Shown here piece by piece: positions 27,392 through 40,779 of a DNA stretch of 64,000 nt (the first letter of the stretch is position 1; each line of letters begins with the position of its first letter). This DNA comes from Eukaryota sp. GEM-RC1 (Eukaryota). The stretch is taken from NCBI GenBank assembly GCA_040285855.1, contig JAUFOQ010000001.1, positions 1,612,001-1,676,000 of the forward strand, written 5' to 3'. The notes beneath the pieces are model-generated. The model did no database searches and had not been told where the DNA came from. It saw nothing but the letters and a program-made list of their open reading frames with translations. A program made the translations under genes and the position numbers.

Positions 27392-27900
27392 TTATTTTTC
27401 TAAATGTATTATACGAAAATAACTAAAAGTGGATATCATTAAAACAACACCCGTCACTATTAACGCTTGCAACAGCTTAGTACTGACATTAAACCTCACA
27501 GCTAGAAAAAATTTGGAAGTGATTAGGTGAATTGTTTTAAAACAGTAAATACGATACGATTCAACTACAACAAATTTTGCACTTCGTATACCAAAAAATT
27601 GGTTATATTTTTCTTCATTTCGATTAATTAATTCTAAAGCTGTTAGATGTGGTTCAACAAATGATTCAATTTTGTAGTACTTACATACAACATGTATTTG
27701 GTCTCTTACAGCATCATCTATACAAGTTCGATAAGATATGTCGCGAATACAACTTACAAATAAGAGAAGGTCGATTGTTTTCCACAGCTTCATTGAAGAT
27801 CATTTGGCAATTTTTATGGCCATTAATAGCACGACGAGACACACAAACTGTTCAATCTATTGGGTTTTCCAATACCACAGTTGAAACTGTGTCATGTACT
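27392..27900 (-). pseudogene. Possible restriction-like endonuclease (RLE) domain remnant of a CRE/R2-group non-LTR retrotransposon
   Basis: YRTCIDDAVRDQIHVVCK..IESFVEP..GIRSA resembles the R(H)D..V..E..R(P/A)D RLE signature. Confidence 0.4.
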
Positions 27901-28339
27901 AATATATTTTGGGAAATTTGTGTTTTATTTTACATTTATTATTGGCACTTTTTGTTGTTCAAATTATTGAAAATTATTCTATCAGAGGGTCTGTCAACAG
28001 GAAATCAAGATGACCATAACTCATAAGAATGATTTGCTATTTCAACCCAGAGATAATTGAGATAGAAGTAACATGTACTTTTAAGAAGAGAATCTCTTGT
28101 TGTAAATCTATCATAAAACTCAAAAACAAAATTCTTTCCACCAAAGAATGTTGCTTTAGTCCACCATCATGAAGTTTTATGTTTAGGTCGTCTCAAAAAG
28201 ACATTTTTTATTTATGAGAGTTCCGTTATGACGTACGTCGTCGTCACATGAACTAAACAGTGACGCGAAAATATACTGCGTTGTGTCTAGTAACGTTAAA
28301 TACATGTGCAACATAACACAACTTGCGATCAATTGTTAA

Positions 28340-28800
28340 CTCTAGGGATTTGTTTCATCTACACCAATCCATCAACCTCTCTGATCGCTCCCATTGCTTC
28401 TATGTAAACTTAGACACACTTTCTGTTCTCAGTGCGCTTCTCACATAAATAACTGTCTTATATTCCTAACAAAATGTCCTTCCGAGAAGCATATGAACTA
28501 TGCTTTCAATGATATTGTGGAAGCTGCTCTTAATGTACCTTTCTGTCCGGAAATTTCATCACGTCAAGTTGAACTCCTTGATGAGATGGCCGAACGAGAT
28601 TGTTCTGTCGTTTATGCTGCGGAGTTCTCCACACTTCCAGTTGCTTTCAAACTAGTTTCTCTTTCTGAAAAGGAAGGAGGAATCAAACTAAGGAATGACA
28701 TCCTCATTGTTGTTCAACTTATCCACCCCATGGCTTTTGCTCTTGGGAAGATCGTATCGGAGTAGTATAGGAACGAGCTTCTTCTCATCCCCTCCCCAAC
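28340..28800 (+). pseudogene. RING finger plus protein kinase N-lobe fragment
   Basis: C..HTFCSQC....C, then VVYAAEFSTLPVAFKLV (VAxK) and L.HP. Confidence 0.6.
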
Positions 28801-29579
28801 TCATCCTCTGTTCTCACTGTTGAATATACCAAGAAACCATATCAAGAACACCAAGAATTCTTTATTTTCCAATAGTCTTAATAAGTAATCCAAAAGGGTG
28901 ATTCATAAATGATTGATGGTTAGAGTTGTTTTTGATCAGTTTGGTCATCCTCATTAGTACGGGATTAGTACCGGGAGGACAGATAGCATTCTGTTCAGCT
29001 GTGACGTGATAGAAACTTCATAGAAGTGGGATCAATATTGTAAGGTCAGTGGTTCGTGCAAAAACAGGTACATGTAGTAGACATGCTATAAGACCTCAAT
29101 TGACACATGTCGTGTCAATGTTAGTCACTTATTTGTTTGTAATGTTATGTTTAATGTAAGTCTGGATTTTTGACGTGAACCAGAATTCTTTTGATTCTCT
29201 CGTTTTTCTTCGTCTATATTACTTAGGTGGTGTTATTTTCTCTGTCTTTTTGGTATTGTTTGTAGTTCTAATCAGTGGGGGAAGGAATTTCCTCCACTCA
29301 GAATTCCAACAATGACCACTTTGACTGTAAAAACACTCTCAATTTGGAACCGTTTTTTAATAACAAACGTCTGGGAAGCAAAGTCTTTTTGGAAGATTTG
29401 AGAAGCAAATTGGTTTAAGGAATTTAGTTTATGCTGTTAGTTCGATATTTAATATAACAATTCCATCATATTATCTAAAGAAATAATAGGAATCTTTGGC
29501 ATTGTAATTCCTAGTCTATCAATTAAATTGTCATATATTTTCATTGTAATAGGAAAACCTTGAGAACTGGTTTCCCCGT

Positions 29580-30055
29580 TACCTCGACGCTGACAACCAA
29601 TGTTTTCTTCTTACCAGTCAGCCTGCAAGGTATTGAAGTGAGGAATTGAAGTTGTTATGGATATGTTCAGGAAATCACATAGTTCCTCAAAAATATGGTT
29701 TGCGTATTCCGGTCCGTTATCGGAGTGGACGGCGAAGGAATACCAAAGATGGCACAGACTTTTTCAAGCATGGCGTATGCTACTTCAGTGGCGTTGAGCT
29801 TGTTCAGTGGAACTAATACAGTGAACCGAGAGAAAGAGTCGACAAAGACAACAACATATGCGTTGCCTTGTATGTCTTTTGGAAGAGGGCCAATGGTGTC
29901 TACATGGAGGCTTTCAAAAGGGCGATTGGCAATCAGGTTTCCGGTGGAGGGTATGTCGTTTCGGGACTTGGGAACAGGGGCATTCTTTTGGCAAGAAGGA
30001 CAGCTGTTCAGATGTTCTATAAGGTCCTCTTTAGCTTCAGGCCACCAATAATCGG
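29580..30055 (-). pseudogene. Ty3/Gypsy integrase fragment
   Basis: Minus-strand frame without a start codon: YWWPEAKEDL..CPSCQK..RPFESLHVDTIGPLP..VVFVDSFSRF..FGIP, then (frameshift) HSDNGPEY. Confidence 0.9.
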
Positions 30056-31284
30056 ATGATTCGAGTAAACCTGCAGGCTGTAATGTAAGTATGCTACATC
30101 AGCATCATACAAACACATTGCCTTTTGTTGAGTTAAGGTGGAGAGTGCGTAGAAACATTGTAATGTCCATTGAAAACCCTTTCCTTTACTGATCAAGGAA
30201 TTAAGGAATCGCGCATTGTACAGATTCACGTCATCGTTGTTAGAATACAGCATAGTATGTTGTATTTCTGGCAATGGCTGAGATGACACAATTTCTTCTG
30301 TGATTACTTTTCCATTTGAGAACGGTTAAATATTGAACTGTTTGATCTGAAGTATCTCCAAAAACAATAAAATGATGTCTTAATTGATTCGTAGGATCGT
30401 AGTCATTTTTAAGGGAAACAACTTCGTCAATAAAAAGACCATGATGAGGATTCAAAAGTAAAGCAAGGAGGAACATAACAACCAAAAATAGTTGACATGG
30501 ATCTTGTATGCCCGTAGATATACAAAATATGATTTCTTTGTTTTTGCACTTATACCTAAACACACTCCATCATTTGTGATACACAAGAATATTTCAAATG
30601 CTTCAATGAAAATACAGTCTTCGAAGTCGTTGATACACACACATTAGTAAGCAATCTAGGTGTAACATTAATCTTTTTTCTGTCAAAATAAACTAAAATT
30701 CGAAGTTTATTGATATTTAAGACTCAGGTGCACATTCAGGCCAAATGACAATATTTAGAACTCATCTGTTCAAGCTCACAGTAATTGACATCCATACGTT
30801 TGTGTTGAATTATAACTTATTACTGGGATTCAGCCTTAACAAAGAGCATTGTAAAAAACTGACATTTAAAGGTTCTGCTATACAGGGTTGCTCCAAGAAA
30901 TCATAAATCGAAAACTCAAACTTGTTAGTGATCGTCAAGAGTAAGAAATGACATTAGGTCGTCAAAACAATCACGGAATTCTTGTGTATGTTGTGTTGAC
31001 CCTGTTAAGGGTTGAGCAAGTTTCCGAATTTTTTGACAAGTGTTCTCTACCTGAGGAAGTCCAGCTTGTACAACAATATTAAGGATAAATATACAGTTGG
31101 AGAACATTTTGTTGTTAAAAATGGAGGTGATACAATGACATACGAAATAAATAATTCTTCTCCTGCTACAATTTTTCTAGTAGATCGATCTTTCCTACCC
31201 TTGATCACAGAACCATGATGACCAGAAAGAAAGCAGCGCGTACATGGAGCAAGAATATCACAAATAGATTCAATATTTCTTTGT

Positions 31285-31860
31285 TTCACTGACTTTAATT
31301 TAGGTTTTATCGGTAATGTTGATGTGTCACTATCCTGTATAAATTCAGTGTAATCATATTGAGTTGGAGAACAAGAAAATCACTAAAAGTACTCAACTCA
31401 TGTCAAGAATCAATGTTAGATTGATCAATAGTTTGATCGTAGTAATAGGGATAGATCCAATGAATGTGGTTTAAACAAACACTGTTGATGTCAATAACAT
31501 TGTCTTTCATTATTGCTTTAAGACAGAAACGGTTAATTGCAATAGGCTAAAACTTAACTTTTGAAGGCAAATCGAAAGATGGGGAATAACGAGATGGTTC
31601 ACAGTGTTGGAAACCAGATATATTCGAAGATTTTGATCCTGGAAACTAGACCTTGGAATCTGTTTTAGCTTTTGTTTCCTAATACCTTTCATTGAATCTT
31701 GTGTTTTTACCAAAAGGAAGGATAACAAAATTCTATTCAGATTTATTAGTCAAAAAGCAACATTAATTGTTATCATCGAAAAAGCAAGTATATATGAGTG
31801 TCTAGTGGTCACTTTTTTTTTCAAAAAATAGTTCTTCAGTTATAACTTTGAATCGCAGAA
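31285..31860 (+). repeat. ~580-bp direct repeat, second copy ~35625-36215
   Basis: Long near-identical tracts, e.g. AAAAGGAAGGATAACAAAATTCTATTCAGATTTATTAGTCAAAAA. Confidence 0.9.
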
Positions 31861-32779
31861 GGTGAACCCTCAACTCCTTCTGTTTTCTCGTTGTTGAATA
31901 TGCCAAGGTTACACTCTCAAATAGAAATTGATCCAATTTTACATCCATTGAGTTTTGAATACAGGTATTTCTGGTTTAATCATTGTTAGATCAGTATTTT
32001 GAATTAAAATAGAACTTTTAGTTTTCTAAGCTTTGACAGATCATTTCTTGACTCTTGTAAACAATAACGTCTACAAATCATCTGTCCATTCAAAGCATTA
32101 TATAGGAGCAACTACAAACAAATCATATTGTTTAAAGCAAAAACAAACAGACCGTTTCAAATGAAGAAGAACTTAAAATATTAAGAAATGAAACGTCGAC
32201 ATGTATCTGAAAGGTCAACGGTGAACTTCTGTAGACAAAAATATGTGAGTTGTGGATTGTCATTATATACAAGGGATTCGAACTCAGGACATTTGTCATG
32301 ATTAGGTTCAGTTTTGTCAAATTATATCTTATGGAAGATGAGAAAACTCCAACTTGAATACTGTATTGTGACATAGCTGGTACAAAATTAATCACATGTA
32401 CAATATGGTAGAATTCAACTGTGGATATAAGTGTGTTATGCATTTCTTACTGGGATAATCACGAAAATAGACACATCTATACAGCTCATTATTAAAAATG
32501 GACACATTTTATTGTTCTATATATAGACTGATGTTTCTTTACAATAGCTACAAGCCAATTCGAACAATTAGCTGAAATTGCAACTTCATAATGAATGTTG
32601 CATATTTGACGAAATTAATTACTTGTGCAATCTCCTAAAGAAAAAATCACAAATCCTTAATTCTAAACATCGTAATGATCTGGTTGCCAATTATGAAAAA
32701 AGAATGATGGATTTTATGATAACCTATTGTATAAATCAACACAATACTTCAAGTTATTGTTCCGCAGTAATTGTAGTTC

Positions 32780-33400
32780 ATTTTGAGACAAAACAACATC
32801 ATTCAGTCATGGCATTAGAGTGAGTGTTAACGAGGACAACAAATGTCTAAACAACACGTATTTGATAATCCTTGCAAGTATTCAAGTCTGAGATGTCATA
32901 TACGAGTCCTTGACAGACGAAGTTCAATGGTAGTACCCATAAGTATCTTGAAAGCAGGGAAAAGCAAAAGGTGAACAACAAAAAGGTGTAGAATGAAAGT
33001 AATCATGTGATAAACACTTATAGACAAGCGTGTTGTAAACTTCAACGATAATGGTGGGGTGACTGTTGAAGAGAGGTTTAGCGTAGGCAAGGAGTTCAGA
33101 AGCGAGGATCATGACTATGGTTGTTCCGTCACCAACTTCTTCATCTTCGGTTAGCCCTAGTTCGATCTTAGTTCTAGAAGCGGGAGGAACGACGTCGATT
33201 TCACGACGAATGTAGTGACAGTCATTGATGATTTGAAGGACATAGGATGGACAAACGGTTTAAGCATAGAGAGTGAGAAAAGAGGGGAGGACGCTGTCCC
33301 CAGATTTGATTATAGTTACGGATGCTAGAGAGTAGATCATTGTGTTAGAAATGAAGTGGAAAGCGGGCAGTGTATGTAGGATGAATGGAGGGAGAAAAGC
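32780..33400 (-). repeat. CCT3-carrying repeat block, copy B (partial)
   Basis: REIDVV..TEDEEVGDGTTIVMILASELL; nucleotide match to copies A, C and D. Confidence 0.9.
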
Positions 33401-33789
33401 AAGATCATCAACGGAAGTGACTCAAAATAGTAGAAGACAACCGCAAGTAACTATTGTAGACAAAAGAGTATACGTCATCAAATCCTCCGAACTACGAAGC
33501 CTAGCATATACACTGACCAGCTCACCCAGGGAAAACTACACTCTCATCTCCTCAAGATATTGGAGCCAACAAAGGGGGCAATGTGTGAGTTACCACGTGG
33601 AAGAGATGGTATGTTCTGAGAAAAAGAAACATTGTCCAGTCAGAGGCAGAAAAGAGTGTTTCATACTGAAAGAACATAGAGTCTCTCAGAACAGTATGTC
33701 CTTGAAATGTCCTTGAGATATGACTTGTTGGTGAGTCACAATTTTGTAAGTGTATGTCTCAAATATGGACATTTCTGTAATTTTCTCTA

Positions 33790-34593
33790 AGAGAAATCCT
33801 GTGGAGTTATCAAAAGTGAGGTTTCTCCTTTAATTTTGACCTATATCCTTAAGAAGGCTAGTAACTTGCTTTTGTTTAGTATTTTCTTCCCATCAACCCT
33901 CAACTGGCTGTAGTCTTCTCTTCTCTCAGTTGTATACAACTATAACAAAACAGTTTCATGTTCACTTCACAAACTCCTTTGTTTTCCCCTCTTTCAGTCA
34001 TCCCTTGAATTTTTTCTCGACTTGGTAATCTTCTCTCTTGAATTCAGTGTTCTTGATGCTGAGACCTTAGTGGCATTCGATTCTCCTCGAGTTAAGTTTG
34101 TTTTGGACCATGATGACGTTTTATAAATGACGGTGACATCGGTGTAACCATTTCTGTTCCAGAGTTGAATCCTGGTGTCTATGAAGCTGTTGTAATACAT
34201 CCCAGTTACTTGGAAAAGACAATTGGTAATCGATGTAGATTCTTCCGATCTGATTACTGTGGTGTTGAATCTCCATGGGTTTACTGTAGACTTTACCTTG
34301 GGACTTCGTGTGGGATATGATATGTTGCCACTACTTATGGTTGTTGTTTAGATGCTGTTACATTTAGCTTGCTTACACAACAACTTTTCGTTTATATCTT
34401 AATTCAGCTTGACTTCCCAGAAATTCTCCTTCAAAGTCTCAGCTTTCAATCGTGGATTTACACTAATTTCATTAATTTAAATCTAAATGAACGATTCTAA
34501 CCGATTTATTGTGTTTTTAGCTCATTGGAAGTACTGTATTGTTTGTAATTCTTTTCAGTGGTGGAAGGAATTTCCCTTACTCAGAATTTCAAC
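33790..34593 (+). repeat. Two-part dispersed module, copy 3
   Basis: Motif A ~33790-33875, motif B ~34543-34593; spacer partly homologous to that of copy 4. Confidence 0.85.
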
Positions 34594-35329
34594 CCGGCTT
34601 CAACATGTTTATCAAATCATATTTATAATATGACAACTCAAATAGGTGAAAGTTCAGGTGTTGGAGTGGGTTCATGCGTTTGTTCAGATTGTCGTGGTGG
34701 AACATATGGTGCCCGTCTATGGATTTTTCGAAAAGGGCCGTTGAGCATAGATCCTTTGGATAACGGTTGTGTGGCCGGTATATCCTCCAATTCCTCAACC
34801 AGGGGATGCCTCAACCACTTCTTTGGGAGATGTATTGCCCCAAGAACACCCTCAATTGGGATGATCTGGTTGTAATTTACCTTTAGTTTGATGGTAATTG
34901 AAAAAAATCTCAGTGCCAGATGGAATTCCGGTAGTGGAAAAAACAATGTTCATAAAAGAGTTTGTGGCCTCACTGAAAACAGTGGCATTTTGGAGCTCAG
35001 AATCATGATTGATTAATTTTGAAATACACGCAGAAGAACGAGCATCAACTATAAGAATGTTAAAAGACCCGTCTTTGTTGGTGGAGATTCTCTTGGCGAA
35101 AAAATTTTGTGGTCTCCACCATGCAATTTATATTGATCCTCGCCATTTACGAGATGATGACTTCCAGTCTAGCAACATAGAAATCTATTGCTAGGAATAT
35201 CTTCATCAGCAAATAAGCCCAGACCTGAAGGTAAGGTACTTGCCTTATCGATATATAATTTCCATGGAGACTGAGCCGTGGGATATTTGGTTTCCAATCT
35301 TGTAATTGCTGCAAGACATCATAGATCAG

Positions 35330-35530
35330 CATCGTTTAAAAAAAAGACATCGGGTACAGGTGATCGATGAATGGTTGATATGGAACAAACATGTTTATAG
35401 AAATGAAAAAGATGTGCTTTAATTGCTTTAAGATAGAGGAGACGATCTATTTGGACAGCTGAAAACATGTAAGAAACTTCGGCAGGAGAGCGGAGTTGAT
35501 GGGTGTTGGGAGAAGTTGCTTTTTCTTAAA
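35330..35530. repeat. Dispersed repeat, inverted copy at ~52875-53070, fragment at ~51340-51385
   Basis: CGGCAGGAGAGCGGAGTTGATGGGTGTTGGGAGAAGTTGCT shared. Confidence 0.85.
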
Positions 35531-36584
35531 TTCTGAAGTAAATATTATTTGTATTCTAATGATGTCTTGTGCATGGATCGTTACAAATAAAAGTTCTGAA
35601 CCATTCACTGACACAATTTGGTTTTCACTTAAATTTAGGTTTTATCGGTAATTTTGATGTGTCACTATCTTGTATAAAATCAGTGTAATATGTTTGAGTT
35701 GGAGAACAATAGGATCCCTAAAAGTTATCAACTCATGTCAAGAATCAATGTTACATTCATCAATAGTTTGATCGTGTAATAGGGAGAGATTTAATTTTCA
35801 ATGAGGTTTAAAGAGACACTGTTGATGTCAATAACATAGTCGTTCAATATTGCTTTAAGACACGAACGGTTAATTGCAATAGCCTGAAACTTAACTTTTG
35901 AAGGCAAATCGTAAGATGGGGAATAATGAGATGCTTCATAGTGTTTGAAACAAGACATATTCGAAGATTTTGATACTGGAAAATAGACATTGGAATCGAA
36001 TTTTTTATCTCAGATCCGATCGGATTTAGCTTTTCTTACCTAATACATTTCATTGAACCTTGTGTTTTTACTAAAAGGAAGGATAACAAAATTCTATTCA
36101 GATTTATTAGTCAAAAATCAACATTAATTGTTATCATCGTAAAAGCAAGTTTATATATGAGTGGCCGGCGGTCACTTTTTTTCAAAAAATAGTTGTTCAG
36201 TTATAACTTTGTATCGCTCAAAAAGGGTATAAGATTCTCTAAAGCAAATTACCGTGGAGGGCTTGACTAAATGCACTTTTTACAAACACCAACTGTAATC
36301 ACATCAAAGACCTTAGAAGTTGAATCTACCAGTAGATGCATCAGTATACTTTTGAGTTCATTTTTATCTTGAGTGCTCATCCACTATCTATCATAATATT
36401 TGATTTTTGGTGTGTTTCGATAATATAAAACAAAAGTTGAACTACTTTCGGTGTGAAAACGATGAAACGTAGAAATTTTTTCGCAATGCCACTTCATAGT
36501 ATAGTTGATTATTTTAAATGGTCTTATCAAAGTAACACATGTTAGAAATGAATGTATTTGTATTCGTTGTATTTGTATTTGTAT

Positions 36585-37955
36585 TAATATTAGACCAAAT
36601 AATTTCAAAAAGCGCCAGTTGTCGATCATTGTTACCATAGGTGTTGACGGTTACTTAGCTTGTCACAGTAGGCAATGCCATTTGTCGCGTGTCGAATTTT
36701 AGAATATTTGATATATTTATTTAGAAAAGGCCTATTTGGTACCCATTGTATGGATAGATCTCTTTTGATCATGGATGGTTGTAGAATGCATCGTCACAAA
36801 CCCATTTTTCGGGGTTTGGCTGCTGCTGGGGTTTCATCCAGTGATCGGAAATAAATTATTGCACTACAAATAATTGAAATACAATATATCAAAATTATTT
36901 ATTGTTCCGGTACCACAATACAATACAATAAATACAATATATTGCTTACAATATAAATAATTTTTCCCGTCTATTTCCCCAAGATCTACTCACCCACAAA
37001 GAGCTGTGCCAAATTCTTGAGGTTAGAGATGATCTTTTGTAAATCCATGAACTAGTAATGTCATTATTTACACTACTATGACCATTGCAAAATCGATTGT
37101 ACTATACTAGCAAATGCTGTTTAATGGAATTTTTCAGTACAAATAGAATGTATATTGTCCACAATAATTTGTGATTATTGATCAACAATACAATTATTTA
37201 TTGTTGCAGTTTGCAAAAGTGCAATACAATACAATACAATAAATTGCGATTCCTGGGTTTCATCAATGATATTTTTCTACTGCCCTGAGATGAATCCCAT
37301 AGAGACTTATTTCAAAAAATGGAGGCATAGGGTCAGAGAAGCGACTGAGCAATGCAATTGGCCTATCTGCCGAATTCTCAAGAGTGTTCTTATGAACAAA
37401 TTGACTAGAAATTGTTCCAAGATGTTTGACAGGGCCACGTAGCAACGTTTCTTCTCCCGCTACTTCTCGATTTACAACCCCATCGCTCCAATCCTAATTC
37501 CCCTGACAAGAGCTCTATTACTTGCTATAACTGCAACAAGATAGGACATTATGCCAATGAATGCAGATCCTCTCCTGCCAGACGTCCTGCAAATCCTAGA
37601 AACCCTACCATGCAGAAGAACCACTTCACTAGAAACCGCAATACTGCCAAAGTCTCCCAGCCTATCAACACCCCAAAAGCTCATATCAGCTCCCTCTTGT
37701 CTGACTCGGATTCAGATAGCCTCAAGTATTCACGAACTTCCGCCAAAGGCCTTATTCAGGTCTCTGAAAAGTCCTCGAACTAGATGTACTAGTGGGGCAG
37801 AGAAAGGTCCGTGGACTGATCGACACTGGATGTATTAAATCGTGCATCACTTCCGATCTCGTCGACCAAGAAAATGGTTTTTATTGACAAATTTAAAATC
37901 AGTGAGTTGCGTATTTTAGCAAATAAATAGAATATGTGGTGCATAATGTGGTGCA
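36585..37955 (+). mobile_element. Tc1/IS630 transposase remnant joined to gag CCHC and aspartic protease, copy 1, interrupted by a MITE
   Basis: LLIMDGCRMH..MNPIE; CYNCNKIGHYANEC at 37523-37564; VRGLIDTGCIKS near 37822. Confidence 0.85.
36839..37255. mobile_element. MITE (417 bp) with CAG..CTG ends
   Basis: Imperfect TIR CAGTGATCGGAA/TTGCGATTCCTG; duplication GGTTTCATC at 36830-36838 and 37256-37264; empty site visible in the paralog near 42400; (CAATA)n subterminal repeats. Confidence 0.9.
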
Positions 37956-38019
37956 TTTACCCAGAATGAAAAACTATTGACAATATCAAAAAATTGTTGC
38001 CAGTGTCATTCTTCAACTA

Positions 38020-38715
38020 AGTATTACGAAGAACCAAATAAATAACGAAATTTGCTTTCACCATCATGATTTGGTGATAGAAAGTAAAGATATCTAAATA
38101 AATATGACAATTTTCAATGATTCTCTCCATTTCTGGTGTATGATGTCACCAGGGATTTACTGAATTCCAACAATATTATTAACGTTGATTTCCTTGGTTT
38201 CATCATAATAGTTGTACTTAAAGGTGCAAACAACATAAACTGAAAGACTGTGCATGAGACCGATTCAACGGCAAACTTATTACCAAGAGTAGACTTGGCA
38301 AAGTTTGAAGTTTGATTCTTGTTGTTTTATGTAACTAAGAAAAGCAAAAGCAACGACACTGAATTCCAGTTCGAATCGATTTCACTTCGTCATTCACATT
38401 TCTTTCAAACCCTCTCACATTATGTTATCCATAACTCCCACAAACAGGTCATATTGTGTGTCCAACAACCAAATTGACACGTGGCATGAATAGTTGTAAG
38501 ATAAAGACGTGATCTCAAATGAATTTATTGATAGCGGATGACTGGTTAGACTTATTAAGTAACTGACAGAAAGGGGAGGAAGACAACAAGTATTTGTACA
38601 CTCCCATATCAAATGACAAGTTATGATCAGTCACCTCCAGTTCAAAGAACTCGAAAATCACGAGATGTTAAAACAACATCATTCAGTCACGTCATCACAG
38701 TGAGTGTTGATTACC
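38020..38715 (-). repeat. Repeat block sharing the downstream part of the CCT3 block, without the CCT3 fragment
   Basis: Matches 16080-16805 and the reverse complement of 49510-50220. Confidence 0.9.
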
Positions 38716-39306
38716 ATGCCAGCAGCAAGCATGTAATCGAACAGAGTATCAATCTTGTCTTCAGCAGTTTCCTGCTTATGAAGAATGACCTTCAGCTGGT
38801 CATTGAGCAGCAAGATGGACTTCTTGATTGAGTTCAGCTCTGTCATTACTGCTTGGTTAGAGGAGTTGACAACAGAAGTTTCTGCGGGTTGGGATCGGTT
38901 CTTGATAGCTGGCCTTAGCTGCACAGCTGCTTTCTTTGGGTATTTGGTCATTAAGTTGACCACCTGATCTTCGGAACATTCAGTAATGTTCTTAATCAAT
39001 GTGCCAGGGCCGGCATTGATTTGGAGGAAGGATTCAGTGATATGGTTCTGAAAACCAACCGACTTCACTGAAAAGTTTGCTTGAGTTAATTGTTAAGAAG
39101 CACATATCAAGAAGCACACTATCATGCTCTGGAAGCCTGATCAACTGACAACGAATGTCAGCCAACCAAGCTGCCATCATGATGCGGCATCCATCATGGT
39201 CCTCCACGCATACATTAGCCACAGTTCCATAATCGTTTGTGGTTTCTCCCACCACAGTGACGACTTTCACGATCAGGGCTCCTGTAAATGCACCTGGTGT
39301 TAATTC
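38679..39306 (-). pseudogene. Possible OB-fold protein with a coiled-coil tail, frameshifted, 5' end cut by the hAT element
   Basis: LIVKVVTV..ANVCVEDHDGCRIMMAAW resembles the RPA/SSB OB-fold strand pattern; heptads in 38679-39068. Confidence 0.35.
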
Positions 39307-40532
39307 TAGACCTTGGAATCGGATCAACTTCGGATCGGATAATCCGATCGGATTTCTCGGATCGGAGCGATTTTCTGGGTTTTGCCCGGATTCGGATTCG
39401 GATCGGATTTATCCTACCAGATCCGAAAAATCCGATCGGATTTTTAATGATTATGGTATTATTGTGGACGCAAAATACATCTGATTACTGTACAAATACT
39501 AATAAAGATATATTGGTGACTTTTAGTTATTATTTTTACAAAAACAATTATTTCACTGTAGTGATCATAAACCCCGTTTTTTGACTACTATCACACAGTA
39601 TTTAAAAACGATTGATTTGAAAGGATGACAGTTGAGTATGAATCAAGTAAATTCGGTAACTACATCTGTTTCAAATGTCTTACTATTCCGATGTAGACGT
39701 CCTCTCGGATTCTGTCACCAATAACAGCGAAGTCCTTCTATCATCCTCCTCTGAAGATACTCTATCTGAAATCGATAACCAACCTTCTCCCCAACTCTTA
39801 ATTCTTCCTCCTGGATCCTCACCAAACGAGGAAGACGCTTCAACAGATTCCCTCTATGAAAAGAAAACTGGCCATCGGCAGTGCTCTTTGAAGAAACTCC
39901 CAGAGGGGAAACGAAGTAGAGTATACTTGTTCATTCATACTCTTTCTTCTGGGGAAGAACGTGTTCCAAGTGTGGGCAACCAGACTGGAACAGTGAGAGT
40001 TCTGATCATCCGACTACCACAAGAACGATTGGAAAACACCTGGATGATTGTTGTCCAGAATGGAGTAACGAATTGTCCCGTAAAGCCGAAAGCAGCAAAA
40101 CTGCATCTCTGTTGAACTATTATAATGTTGTTTCCCACGTTTCCCAACAGGAAAAACAATCCCAAATGATTGGGTTAATTTTAGATTTTATTGTACAAAC
40201 CTATCAGCCCTTGGCAATTATCGAAAATGAATCATTTAAAAAAAATGTTAAGTGGCTTGAATTTAAATTTGAAACTTTACTGTCAGAAGACAATGAAGAA
40301 ATGCTTATTCCAAAGATACAATAATTATAAGAACAATTTAAAAGTTTTCTTCAAAGAACTCAATGTAAAGGTTTCTCTGACTGTTGATATTTGGAGTTCC
40401 CGATCTTTGCACTCATACTTAGGAGTTACTGTGCATTATGCTGGTAAAAACAATTTAAAATCTATCCCTTTAGATGTTTTCGCTATGTACTATACTCTGA
40501 CTCAAAAAGTGCCAAAAATAAATGTCAAATAA
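39307..40532 (+). mobile_element. hAT element left end and decayed transposase
   Basis: TAG start followed by dense (A/T)TCGGAT/ATCCGA subterminal repeats at 39316-39445; QPLAIIENESFK; VSLTVDIWSS..SYLGVTVHY (first catalytic Asp). Confidence 0.85.
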
Positions 40533-40779
40533 ATATAATTGAAACAAAATATAACCCAAATAAGAACAAAATATTTTGTTAGTTCAGCATCTCTCAGTCA
40601 CTATCGATGATTACACAATCCAATTGTTCATCCCTTTTTGTTGAAAATGGTTAGTTGACTTTCTGCTTCGTTCAATTGCTCTGACTGTGTCGCCACCACC
40701 CGTAGATCTTCAACATTAGTTCAATATTCAGCATCGTGGACGACCATGAGAATCATCTACTGATCATATGTCCCGGTAT

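Noticed and set aside
29695..30051. 118-aa plus-strand ORF
   Set aside because: Antisense shadow of the integrase fragment
39239..39584. ORFs rich in SDRI/RIRI
   Set aside because: Translations of hAT subterminal repeats
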